Assembly (NCBI RefSeq): GCF_009914755.1
Contig: NC_060926.1
DNA from: the human T2T-CHM13v2.0 reference genome, Homo sapiens
Direction: 5' to 3' (one strand)
DNA: 64,000 nt
Shown in pieces: positions 1-12,096 of the stretch; the stretch's first letter is position 1, and each line of letters opens with the position of its first letter. The position numbers and the translations under genes were made by a program. The notes beneath the pieces are model-generated. The model saw only the letters and a program-made list of their open reading frames with translations, ran no database searches and was not told the DNA's origin.

Positions 1-159
1 TATATAGAGCAATATGGATGGTTAGCTAGATGCTGCTTACATTTCTGCATATTGTGGGCAGAACAAAGCTTTGCCGAGGATTGCTCAGGGAGTCATCCAA
101 ACACTTAGAACTCTGAAGTCTTACGTTTCCTGCAAGTTGCAGTGTTGAGTTTCACCTAA

Positions 160-318
160 ATCAATGATTTGCCTTCGGAGTTTAAAAAAAGTGTCAATAC
201 TCAGGACCCACCCCAAAATAACTACATCAGAGTATCTGAAGAAGGAGTCTAAGCATTAGTGTTTTTTAAAGCTTTAGTGTGATTCTAATATGCAGCCAAT
301 TTGAGAACCATTGGTCTA
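160..318. mobile_element. MER5A-like hAT DNA transposon fragment
   Basis: Ends in gtgattctaatatgcagcca...ttgagaaccattggtcta, resembling the MER5A terminus; boundaries approximate. Confidence 0.55.
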
Positions 319-427
319 TGTGTTACAGAAACTACTTTTCAAAGGCAATGAGAGGCATCCAGTCAACATGTTATATTTTAGTCAAAATCTACAATGTAAT
401 TTGTATTTTCTGAGTCTCCTCTTGCTC

Positions 428-734
428 TTTTTTTTTTTTTTTTTTTTTTTTTGAGATAGGGTCTTGCTCTGTTGCCAAGGCTGGAGTGTAGTGGCATAAT
501 CCAGCTCACTGCAGCCTCAAACTCTCAGGCTCATCTGATCCTCCCACCTCAGCCTCCCAAGTAGCTGGGACCACAGGCATATGCGACTACACCTGGCTAA
601 TTTTTAGATTTTTTTGTAGAGATGGAATCTCTCTATGTTGCCCAGGCTAGTCTTGAACTCCTGGGATCAAGCAATTTTCCCTCCATGGCCTCCCAAAATG
701 TTGGGGTTAAAGGTGTGAGCTACAGTGCATGGCC
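428..734 (-). mobile_element. AluJ-type SINE
   Basis: poly-T 428-452 then gagatagggtcttgctctgttgcc...cagctcactgcagcctcaaactc (J-type); ends gcatggcc. Confidence 0.92.
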
Positions 735-2146
735 ACCTTTTGTTTTTAGTTTAGAAGAGTAATCTGGATCAGGGACTGGTAATACTAAATCAATCTGATG
801 GCTGGAGAGAGGCAAGTTTCAGGGACAATAGTGCTCATATGACCATAGTAACACTTGCTTAGCCATTTGTTGTTTCCACTGCATTGTAATATTTCTGTTT
901 TCATTAATGCTCTAAAACATGTTTTTCTATCACAGGGATCCTATGCTTCTATTCACCTGGAATCACACTGATGCACAGACATCTGTGAATAGAAATTAAA
1001 GTTATTTGCTGAGGTATTCATGTTAAAAAATGCATCTGGAACTGTGTAGCTTAAAGCTGCAGACGTGTCAACAACTACGCATGAAATGGAATGTTCCCAC
1101 TGGGATCCACTCTTGATACATGACCATTATCTGTTCTTAACACTTTGCATCTTACTCTGACAATGTGATGCTAGGGTCAGGACTTGCTCAGTTGGACACG
1201 ACAATGGATAATATTTAAGAGAAGAGGCGATCTGTTTCACATTAAGTTTTCAATAGAATTTGCACTTGGAATAAATGGTATCAAGACCAACCCTGTGCCA
1301 TTGTTTACTCAATTTTCCTAGGGCTGGACCATAGAATTACAAAGCAAGCCCTGCACCAAGCCTGCCAGGTTGTATATGGTGACATTGCAGGGGGAATTCT
1401 CAATGAGAAGCACACAGTGGTCTCACTTCCACCACTGAATGCCTCTCCCTTGGGCAATGCACCTAGTCTGCCTGGACTGAACATCTCACTATGTTTATCT
1501 TGTTGAGGAAGATAAATGGGTGTCAACTGGATTGAGGCATGTTAGACTAGGGACCCCTGAGATGAGGACAGCAAGCAGAAATTGTGCCTCACACTGAGAA
1601 GTGCAAAGCGGCAGCAGGGGTTTTTAGTTGATTATGACAGCCATGATGCTTTGTCCTCATTGTAATTATCACAGTAAAGCGTTGCAGTTTCTTTAGTCTT
1701 TTGAGGAAGTGAGGGAGTTGAAACTTTCAATATTCATAATGTTGTAAAATCTCAAGTTTCCTATTCATGTATTTTATGTCTAAAATACACAAAACATAAA
1801 ATACATGAATAGGAAAATCCTACTGTTACTTATTAGCTGTTTGGGGCAAACTTGATGGTGCCGAACAATGGAGGAGTCCATTTCAATCTTGGTTAGCAAG
1901 ATTTCCCACAGAAAGGGGAGCAGTAACCCTACAGAGAAAAAGCGAGCCTTGAGGAGAGTGGATGGAAAGTGCTTGGGATAGAGAGACAGAGCTGGGGGCA
2001 GCACCTTCATTCACACAGCCAGCCATGGTGCCAGCCAGCACAGTGTGGAAGTAAAGAAATCTACAAGGAGACTCACAACCCAATGAACAGACTTTACTCA
2101 AGAGAGATGCCAGGGAGAGACTTTTAGCTCATTAGAAAACCAAATC

Positions 2147-2429
2147 TGCCAGGCGCGGTGGCTCGTGCCTGTAATCCCAGCACTTTGGGAGGCCGAGGCG
2201 AGGGGATCACCTGAAATCAGGAGTTCGAGACCAGCCTGACCAACATGGAGAAACCTCATCTCTACTAAAACTACAAAATTAGCTGGGCATGGTGGCACAT
2301 GTCTGTAATCCCAGCTACTCGGGAGGCTGAGGCAGGTGAATCACACGAACCCAGGAGTCAGAGGTTGCAGTGAGCCAAGATCGCCCCATTGCACTCCAGC
2401 CTGGGCAACAAGAGTGAAACTCCATCTCA
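2147..2429 (+). mobile_element. AluSp-like SINE lacking poly-A tail
   Basis: Full dimer with Sp-type accaacatggagaaacc and ggcaacaagagtgaaact; ends at ...ccatctca with no A tail. Confidence 0.92.
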
Positions 2430-2598
2430 TTCCTGAGCCAATCAGAGTAATAATTCCATGCCTTCTCATTTTGGTGGAAATCTAAAGTGGTTTGGATTTG
2501 ATATAAAAACAGAAGATTTAACATTCCTATTCTTAACTCTTTCTACTTCCAAGTCCTTGAAATTATAGAAAAGATGTAATAAAATGATAATAATTAAT

Positions 2599-2900
2599 GG
2601 CTGGGCATGATGACTCACATCTGTAACCCCAGGACTTTAGGAGGCTAAGGCAGGAGGATCACTTGAGCCCAGGACTTTGAGACCAGCTTGGGCAATACAG
2701 TGAGACCTTGTTTCTCCAAAAAGTTTTAAAAATTATCCTGGCATGGTGGCGTATGCCTGTAGTCCCAACCGCACAGGAGGCTTAGGTGGGAGGATCCACT
2801 GAACTCAGGAGGTGGTGGATGCAGTGAGCTGAGATCACTCAGTGCACTCCAGCCTGGGCAACAGGGTGAGACACTGTCACAAAAAAGGAAAAAAAAAAAA
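2599..2900 (+). mobile_element. AluJ-type SINE
   Basis: ggctgggcatgatgactcac...gaggatcacttgagcccagg, A-rich tail to ~2900. Confidence 0.9.
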
Positions 2901-3019
2901 AGACAAGAAAGAATGTAATCAGCAAAAAATTAGAAGAATTTCTGAAAGATAAAAAGCACACAGCATTTGATTTTAAAAGAAATATAGTGTAAGGAAAGAA
3001 CAACTAAACAAAATGGATG

Positions 3020-4115
3020 TATCTTGTGATCCAAGGATTCCTACTCTTAGATATACCTACAAGAAAAGCACATATGCTGATGGCTCTATTATTAGAAACA
3101 GCAAAAATAGAAACCATTCAAATGTCCATTAACAGTGGAATGGAAAAATTATTATAAATTTGCACAGTAGAATACCGTACAAATGTTACTGGGAGGGGTG
3201 CAGGGTCTGTGGCTCTTGCCTTCTTGGAAGAAAGAATTCAGCCAAGAGATGCACAGCAAGGGTTAAGCAGCAGAGTTTCTTGAGGGAAGATAGAGGACAG
3301 TTCAAGAAGGGAGTGGGCTGGCCTGACTGGAAAGCAGCGGCAGCAGCGAGGTTTATTTAAAGGGAGAGCACACACTGAATGACAAGGCAGAGCAGGTTGC
3401 TGGAGAGAGGGAGTGAGCCAGCAGCAGCCAGTGCTGGGGACTCTCTTTATGAGGATCTTACATGTTTATTCATGAAGGGATGTGAGGGGCTGTCACTTGC
3501 AATCATGTATTAGGTGGTTCCACATGCTCTATGGCTGTACATGCTAGTACACACATGAAATGTCTCATTAGCATTTAAAACCTCCACCTAGGGGTGTGTT
3601 TTTTATAATTGTAATGGGCAAAGTCTACTGTAGGGTGAGTTACTGGAGGAGTGAGCATGCTTGCCAATGGGAAAAGTCTCTACCATGGTTGTCTCCAGCT
3701 AGAGCCTGAGGAGTCCCCCTTAGGGCTGGAGGAACCCAACCACAACATCAAAGTAGCCAGTGTAAACTACTACCACACACAACAACGTGGCTGAATCTCA
3801 CAAAAGTAAGATTGAGGGAAACCAGTCAGGAAAGAAAGGACAATTATGATTCCATTTATACACAGTGCAAAAACTTGGCAGCACTAATATATTCTAACCG
3901 GAATGGTATTGTCTTCAGGAAACTGGAAGTGTGGGTGGTAACTGTGAAGAGGAAAAATAGGGTTTCTGGGTGCTGGGAAATATTCTGTTTCTTGATCTTG
4001 GTTGTACTTAAAGATGTTTCACTTAGTGATATTTCACTGAGCTGTACACTCAGCGTAATATGATTTGTGCGTGTCATATGTGTATATTATACTTCAATAA
4101 AAATAGCATTTAAAA
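3020..4115 (+). mobile_element. Old L1 (L1ME-like) 3' end, split by an LTR
   Basis: aaatgtccattaacagtggaatgg before and acaacgtggctgaatctcac...tatgattccatttata...tacttcaataaaa after the LTR follow L1ME 3'UTR order. Confidence 0.7.
3184..3747 (-). mobile_element. ERV1-class solo LTR (subfamily uncertain)
   Basis: tgttac...aca termini; aaagaattcagccaagaga and tctcattagcatttaaaacctccacctaggggtgtg typical of ERV1 LTRs in antisense; interrupts the L1. Confidence 0.7.
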
Positions 4116-4589
4116 AACACAACTCTGAACAGCACAACTGATTGGATATAGAGAGTGATTAGTAACCTGAAAGATTTTGGTTGAGAGGAAAGATTATCCA
4201 GAAAGCAGTGCAAACAGATGGAAAGGATGAGAAAAAAGTGTAAAGCCAGTACGTAAAGATGCAGTAATTCTACATAAAAAAAAGATTTCTAGGAAACGTG
4301 GGAAAGTGAATTTAATCTAATATTGCTGAGGCATGTTAAAGGGTGTGATTAATCGTATGTGCTAAATCACTCATTGGAAGTACTAGTAAAGAATTAGTTG
4401 GAAAATAATTGCAAAGTAAGCTCAATGGAATTATTGGTGCAAACTGAATATCTTCTGACTGTTTACTAAAAGAAGGGTGATGTATAACAACCGTAGGTTT
4501 TATTCATATAAATGAGCTGAAAATTCACAGTAGCTTTGTAACTACTTGCTGGATAACTGCATACATTCAGGGATTTTTTTCCCCAATAA

Positions 4590-5206
4590 TAAAAACTTTT
4601 ACTCATAATCACCAAAACTTAGATGGAACCAAGATGTCCTTCAGTAGATTAATGGATAAATATACTGTGGTACATCCAGACAATGGAATATTGTTCATCA
4701 GTAAAAAGGAAGGAGCTATCGAGCTATGGAGGAAACTTACATGCTACTACATGAAAGAAGCCAATCTGAAAAGGCTACATGTTGTAGAATTCCAACTCTG
4801 TGACACTCTGGAAAATGCAAAACTATGGAGACTGTGAAAATATCAGTGGTTTCTAGAAATTGGGTGAAGGCGGGGATGAATAGGCCGAGTGCAGAGGATT
4901 TTTAGGGCAGTGAAACTATTCCATATGATGCTATGATGGTGGAAACGTGTCATCGTACATGTGTCAAAACACATAGAATACACAGTAACAAGAATGAGCA
5001 CTAATATAAACTATGGACTTTAGGTGATTAATGAGGTGGCAATGCAGGCTCATCAATTGTAAGAAAATGCACCACTCTAGTGGGTGATGTTGATAATGGG
5101 GGTGGGAGTGTTACACACAGGTGGGGCTAAGAGTATATGGGACATCTCTGTACCTTCTGCTCAATTTTGCTGTGAACCTAAAACTGCTCTAAGAAATAAA
5201 GCCTAC
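4590..5206 (+). mobile_element. L1MC-like 3' end
   Basis: ccaagatgtccttcagtag...gaaagaagccaatctgaaaaggctaca...tctgtaccttctgctcaattttgctgtgaacctaaaactgctct. Confidence 0.85.
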
Positions 5207-5910
5207 TGATATGGTTTGAATCTCTGTCCCCACCCAAAAATCACATTGAATTGTAATCCCCAGTGTGGGAGGTAGGGCCTGGTGGAAGGTGATCGGATCA
5301 TGGGGACGGCGTTCTCATGAATGGTTTAGTACATCCCCTTGGTACTGTACAGTGAGTGAGTTCTCATGAGATCTGGTTATTTAAAAGTGTTTAGCACCCT
5401 CCTCCCTTCCTCCTGCTCTGCCATGTAGATGTGCCTGCTTCCTCTTCACCTTCTGCCATGACTAGAAGCTTCTTGAGTCCTCCCCAGATGCCACTGTGCT
5501 TCCTGTACAGCCTGCAGAACCGTGAGCCAATTAAATCTCTTCTTTACAGACTGGGCGTGGTGGCTCACACCTGTAATCCCAGCACTTTGGGAGGCTGAGG
5601 CAGGCGAATCACTTGAGGCCAGGGGTTCAAGACCAGCCTGGACATCATGGCAAAACCCCGTCTCTACTAAAAACACTAAAATTAACCAGGTGTAGTGGCG
5701 CATGCCTTTAGCTATTTGAGTGGCTGAGGCATGAGAATCTCTTGAACCTGGGAAGTGAAGGCTGCAGTGAGCTATGATGCTGAGATCACACCACTGAACT
5801 CCAGCCTGGGCAACACAGCTAGACTGTTTCAAAAAAAAGAAAAAAAATCTTCTTTATAAATTACCCAGTTTCAGGTATTTCTTTATAGCAATGTGAGCAT
5901 GGACTAATAG
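5207..5910 (+). mobile_element. MSTA-like MaLR solo LTR (Alu inserted)
   Basis: Starts tgatatggtttg, ends ggactaata; near-match 5-bp TSD cctac/tctac. Confidence 0.88.
5549..5846 (+). mobile_element. Alu (J/S) inside MSTA LTR
   Basis: Alu dimer with A tail; flanks aaatctcttcttta/aaatcttcttta as TSD. Confidence 0.9.
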
Positions 5911-6574
5911 TCTACTAAAAAGAAAAAAGGTTATTCTACACAAAGTGGTATGTTCCTCTGGGTAGAGATTTCCCTTTTTTTCCTCCCAAAAATTTGGTTA
6001 TAAGGATGGGATCCCTCAACTAAGCCCTCCACTGGGCACATTTCTTGGAGTATTTGTAGCCATCTTTAATCAAATAAGAGACTATTTGCTAAAAAGTGTT
6101 TCTTCAACTACTTTGGTTCAGTGGAATTGGGTTCCCAAGGAAAATCCCAAACTCTCACTAGAAGTTTTGAGTTACCATTGAGTAAAATTGGTAATGTGGC
6201 TGAAAGGCCCTGTGTGGTTTGCTGTTGGCTTTAATGGTAAAATGTTCTGAAAACTCTGGAATGCTGTCAGCGGGTCCCTCTCCTGGAAGGCGTGCTTCAC
6301 TCTGCCATGCCGGGCTCCAGGAGGATAACTGCTTGCTGCTCCAACAACTCAGGCTGCTTGCTGTGCCTGGAATGCTCAGCATGAGGGGCCACCGAGGGCA
6401 GTTCCTGAAGCCTCTCCACTGAAGGTGGACTGGGAGAAGCCACAGTGCCACGCTTCTTAGCCACATGAGGCCCGTGAGTTTTCACCAGCTGTTCACCTTT
6501 CCTAAGTCCAAGGCATGTCTCAGGGGGTCCGGGCTCCTGATCCTCTCCACTTCTGTGGCAGCTTTGTTGCAGAG

Positions 6575-7070
6575 AATTCAAGAGAGCAAATAAGGGAAAA
6601 TGTAGTTGGGTGGCAAGAATAATTTCTCACGTTTTGAGGGAAGTAGCCCAAGTTTGGGAAAATATGGAGAAAGATAAAGAAGACAAAAAAATAGCCCTTA
6701 AGATTTCCCAGTTAGAATTATTCACAAAGGGAATAAACCCTTATCTGGGGCCACCACCAGACAAGAAGGAACCCCGTAATGGAAAGTCAATATGTTACTG
6801 TTGTAAGAAATCAGGACAGTGGAGGAAAAATGAATGCTAAACGAGGGTCAAGAAGAGTTGAGAGATACAAGCTAACTCTAAAGCTTTACCGTCATCTCCA
6901 AGAGATTTTTGCCTAAGGAAATTGGACAAAAAGTAATTGGAAAATTGTGGAAAGTAACCTCAGAGCTGAGGGTGGGAGGCATTTATGTGTCTCTTTCTTT
7001 TACCACTTTAAGCTTGTCCTGATCTTTCTTGTGAACACTGAAGGCACACACTCCACAATTTCTACAGACG
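6575..7070 (+). pseudogene. ERV gag C-terminus (CCHC knuckle) and protease remnant
   Basis: ORF 6610-6840 ends ICYCCKKSGQWRKNEC (cf. CYYCKKPGHWKRDC); ~7025-7060 reads FLVNTEG (decayed FLVDTGA). Confidence 0.7.
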
Positions 7071-7254
7071 GTTATCATTTTACGTCAACCTAGGAAAACA
7101 TCCAACTTTTGGGTACCTCTAGACAACCTTCTCCCTGTTCTTTCTTCTCTGAGGTTTCTCAACAAGTAGATTCTCCATACTGTAGATGGAGTGTTTTCAG
7201 AGCTCCCAGGAGGCAAGGAGTTGGTAAATAAGCACTTTCTAAAATAAAAGAACT

Positions 7255-7816
7255 ATCATTATCTATTTGTTCATCAAATAGATACTTAGGTTTTTCCCAT
7301 ATCTTGACTATTGTGAATAATGCTGCAATGAACTGAGACTGCCGACATTTTCACAAGGTCACTTTCTCTGACTATATGCCCAGAGGAGAGATTGCTAGGC
7401 CATAATGTAGTTCTTTTTAAAATTTCCTTAGGAGCCTCCATACTGTTTTGCATAATGGCTGCGGCAATCTACATTTCCACTAACAGAGTACAAGCATCCC
7501 CTTTTCTACATACCCTCACCAACACTTATTATCTCCTGACTTTTTGATAGTAGCCATGCTTACAGATGTGAGACATTTCACAGTGGCTTTAATTCACATT
7601 TTCCTAGTGACTGATAACATTGAGCACATTTTCATATACCTGTTGGCCACTTTTAACGTCTTCTTTGGAGAAATGGCTATGTAGGTCCCTTGTCCATTTT
7701 TTTAATTCGGTTGTTTGTTTTTTTAATATGGAATTGTATGAGTTCTTTATAAATATTGGATTTTGTTTCCAAATCTGTAGGTTGCCATTTTATTTTGTTG
7801 ATTGTGTTTTTTGCTG
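7255..7816 (-). mobile_element. Inverted 5' part of an L1MA-like element
   Basis: Antisense L1 ORF2 3' sequence (ctattgtgaataatgctgcaatgaac; tcttctttggagaaatggcta). Confidence 0.85.
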
Positions 7817-8345
7817 TTCAGCCTTTAAAAAGAAGGAGATCTTGCCATTTGCCACAACATGCGTGAACCTGGAGGACACTATGCAAAGTGAAACAAGCCA
7901 GACAAAGAATGAAAAATATTCCATGATCTCACTTACATATTGAATCTTTTAAAAAAACAGGTAAACAAAGACAGCGAATGAAACAGGGTTACCAGGGGGA
8001 CTGGAGAGGGTGGGGGATGGGAAGATATAGGTCAGAAGGTACAAAGTAGCAGGTGTGTGGGATAAACAAGTCCTGAGATCTCATGTACAACATGAGGACT
8101 AGTGTTAAAAAAAATTGTGCTGTATTTGGAATTCCTGATAAATGAGTTGATTTTAGTTGCTATTACCACAAAACAAAAACAAAAACAAAAATGGGTAACT
8201 ATGTGAGATGATGGATGTGTTAATCTGCTTCACTATAATAACCATTTTACTGTATATATGTATATATATGTATCTTAAAGCATCATGTTTTACATCTTAA
8301 ATATACACAATAAAATTTATTTTAAAAATTAAAATAAAATAAAAG
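7817..8345 (+). mobile_element. L1MA-like 3' end with A-rich tail
   Basis: ttcagcctttaaaaagaaggagatcttgccatttgccacaaca...ggtaactatgtgagatgatggatgtgttaat...aataaaat repeats. Confidence 0.88.
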
Positions 8346-8406
8346 CATCTCAAATTAGAAGGGCTCAAGGAACAAATAATATGGGTTAGTAAAAGAAATT
8401 GATTCC

Positions 8407-8808
8407 TGCTCTGGTTTGAATGTTTGTGTCCCCTTCAAAATGTGTGTTGAAGCTTCATTTCCGATGTCGAGGTTTTAAGAGGCGGGACCTTTAGGAGGTG
8501 ATGAGGTGATAAGGCTCCTCCCTCACGATAGAATTAAGGCCCTTGTGAAAGAAGCTTCACACAGCATTCCACCTTTTTGCCCTTCTGGCCCTACCACCAT
8601 GTGAGGATGAAGCACTCGTCCCCTCTGAGGACACAGCGCTTGTCATGGTGCCACCTTGGAAGCAGAGAGCAGTTTCACCAGGTTCTGACCTTGCCAAGCC
8701 TTGATCTCAGACTCCCAGTCTCCAGGACTGTGAGAAATAAATTCCTACTATTTATAAATTACCAAGGTTCAGGTATTTGGTTATAGCAGCACAAACAGAT
8801 GGAGATCA
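8407..8808 (+). mobile_element. MaLR solo LTR (MSTD/MLT1A-like)
   Basis: tgctctggtttgaatgtttgtgtcccc...ctgtgagaaataaattcc...ttatagcagcacaaacaga. Confidence 0.85.
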
Positions 8809-11114
8809 TCCCCTTTTCACAGCTTAAAACAAAACAAAAACATTATGGACATGTGTAAATCAACATCCTCTCATTCTAGCTCAAATACAAGGAATAAAAA
8901 ACTCAGAGAGTTACAAAAACAGAGCATAGTCAAGAGAGGCGCATTTTCCTTTTTATATTCCCAAATTACGTGGGAAAAAGAATGAAAACTGGGCAAGAAA
9001 TTGCCCGTAGATTTGTACAAGCTCTGCGAGAAATACGTGAGGTTGAGGCTGCTCTGATTCCTATTGTTCCATACGGGGCTGCATTCTGCGTCTTTTCTGT
9101 ACTTTTCACTGAGGTACCAGGCTCTTCTTTGAGTGCCCCTGGAATCTTCTTTCTTCCGCATTTGTGGTGACGGATCCTCAGATTTGCCTGCTATACTTTC
9201 TAGACATTCACAAGAGAACTAAGAGAACTTTTCCCCACCTTTGATTCATACTAATTCAACATGTGAGCGATTTATTAATAGCTGTTAACACTGTATGTGC
9301 TTACAAACAAGATACTTTCAATTTAATAAAAATTTTGCTTCTCTAAATAAATTGCAGTATTATCAAAGTGAAGTCAGGAATTTGGGACATTTGTTTTAGG
9401 CTGGCAGATGAAAACCGGTTCTATCCTGAAGTCAGCCTATCTTAAGCACACACTATCTAACACATATACACAAACTCTGCCAGTTTGGGGGTTGTTTGGG
9501 GGTTCAGACTACGGGTCCTTTCCTATTCTGAAAAAGCTAAGCCTCTTGCTATGATGTCACATGAGGAGTTCACCAGAACTTTACTGTGGTCTAAATAAGC
9601 TGAAGAAGTCTTCCAGATCCTAAGGAAGCCTTGTTTCCCCATCTGTGCTGGGTGCCTACCCGAGATGACATTTCAAACGTCTTTTCTGTTAGAGAACAAG
9701 GGAGAGGCTAGAGGTGTGGCTACTTTGAATCAGACCCTGACCACAGGCCCTTCTCTGTTGCTCTGGGGACACCAGAGTGTCGATGAGCTGTAACAGCAGC
9801 TGCCTCCAGACTGCAAAGGCTCTTACTTGGACTCTAGGATATTTAGCTTACACTTAACGCAAAGGGCTACTGCTACTTTACGAGTCCTTGCAAGTCTGTA
9901 AGACACCATACTCACCGGTGCACCGCCAGACTAGTTATGCACTAGTCTGTCGAATTGCACTCCAGGCAGAAGGAACTGTTTGAATCTGACCTTTCTGTTG
10001 CCGGATGCTGGCCACGTTTTGCTACAGCACAAGGTGCTCAGTCTGGGTCTGATTCGGCTGATATTCCTGGTCCCAATGCTGACTCAACAGTGCTCAGTGA
10101 CTGGTCTCGTGCGAGACACATGGGGAGGTTTAAGTTCTCTCAAATGTAAAATCAGCTCAGGTGCCAGAACCCGAAGCTGTTATGCAAACTGCATAATTGG
10201 CCATTGTCTTACGAAGGGAGAATGTCTAATTGATGGCTAATATGCATTGGGGGTCTGTCGTGTCACGGGCCAAATTTGGAAGAATAGAGGCTTTCTAATA
10301 TCAATGAGAACTAAAATATCACTTGGGAAACGAACTGCTGTCTTACTAGAGTCACTGCCATTGTCTTTACAGATTTCTGTAATGCACTGTAGACTGCATT
10401 ACAGACCTAACAAGATGAAACATATAAAGGAAGTAAAAAGGGCTAATAAAGTTTGAACTGCGGAAGTCGAAGCCCCGTTACTGCTGCAGAGGAACTCCTA
10501 TTCGCTGTTTCAGCAACAAACAACCCTCCAAGACTTAGAAAATAAGAAAGAAAGAAAATGGGGTGTCCTCAATAGGATTATTCCTGTCCCCCAGTTGTAC
10601 GATTGAGTGGATTTTTCATGCCATCAGCAAGCTCATTTGAACAAAAGAATACTCTGAAAACCTTGGAATTCTACTACATTTGCTATAGGGTCAAATAGTT
10701 CAGGAAATGACACAAAGGTGTGCTGTTTGTCAGCAAAGTTATTTGTGGGAAACACCCAAGTTAAGTCGAAGAAGCCCGCTGAGGCCAACATGATCTGAGA
10801 ACTGGACAAACATGGACTTTACATAAGTTGTGCCCTCGGAAGTTAAGAATTATTGTTTAGCAGGGATGTGTATGATGGCTGGATGGCCGGAGGGCGTTCA
10901 CGTGCTAAAGCAAATGCTCAAACAATGATCATATCATTACTGAATTTTATCATTCTAACCTTTGGGATTCCAGAACATGTAAAATCCAGTAGATAAGCCA
11001 TTTGGTTTCTACGGGGCTAATTTAGGGGCTCTTTAAAACCCTACAGAGGTCTTTAAATTATTATACTCTTTATTATCACCAAGCTCCTGGGCTGGTAGAA
11101 TGACTAAACCACAG

Positions 11115-11500
11115 TGTATTAGTCCATTCTCACATTGCAATAAAGAACTACCTGAGACTGGGCAATTTATAAAGAAAATAGGTTTAATTGGCTCATGGTT
11201 CTTCAGGCTGTACAGGAAGCATGCTGAGGGGGAGGCCTCAGGAAGCTCACAATCATGTCAGAAGGCGAAGGGCAAGCTGGAACATCTTACTTGGCTGGAG
11301 AAGGAGGAAGAAAGGGAAGCATGAGGTGCTACACACTTTTAAACAACCAGATCTCGTGAGCACTCACACACTACCATGACAACAGCCAGGGGGAAATTCA
11401 CCTTCATGATCCAATTGCCTCCCACCAGGCCCCTCGTCCAACACTGGGAATTACAATTTGACATGAGATTTGGACGGGGACACAAATCCAAACCATATCA
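11115..11500 (-). mobile_element. MSTA/MSTB MaLR solo LTR
   Basis: tgtattagtccattctcac...aaatccaaaccatatca; TSD cacag/cacac; inserted in integrase. Confidence 0.9.
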
Positions 11501-11856
11501 CACACCCTAAAGAATTATTTGGTTAACTTACACCAAACCAATGGCTTATTCGAGTGTTGTTACTGGTCCTGTTAAAAATAAGATCAACTCCTAACAAGCA
11601 TGCTATTTCGCCTTTGGAGTTAACATCTAGTGACCTATGAATTCAGGATTTAAGTTCACTGCTTACCTATAAAGGAAAACACCATAGATGTACTACTTAA
11701 CTGGGTTGCCATCTTTCTAGGCTTATTCTGCCATCACGTGGCAGATGCTGGAAAAGTCCCCAAGGAGACGTGCTATCAATTTTGACCAGAAAAAAGCTAC
11801 ATAGAGTTCCAGTGACAAGACTGGATGATCATTGTGCTAAGAAAGACCCCGCCAGG

Positions 11857-12096
11857 GGTGGATCAGGAGGTCAGGAGATCGAGACCATCCTGGCTAACAC
11901 GGTGAAACCCCGTCTCTGCTAAAAATACAAAAAAAATTAGCCGGGCCTGGTGGTGGGCACCTGTAATCCCAGCTACTCAGGAGGCTGAGGCAGGAGAATG
12001 GCGTGAACCTGGGAGGCGGAGCTTGCAGTGAGCCGAGATAGCGCCACTGCAGTCCAGCCTGGATGACAGAGTGATACTCCGTCTCAAAACCAAAAA
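11857..12096 (+). mobile_element. 5'-truncated AluY
   Basis: gagatcgagaccatcctggctaacacggtgaaacc (Y-type); perfect 18-bp TSD aagaaagaccccgccagg at 11839-11856 and 12097-12114. Confidence 0.95.
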
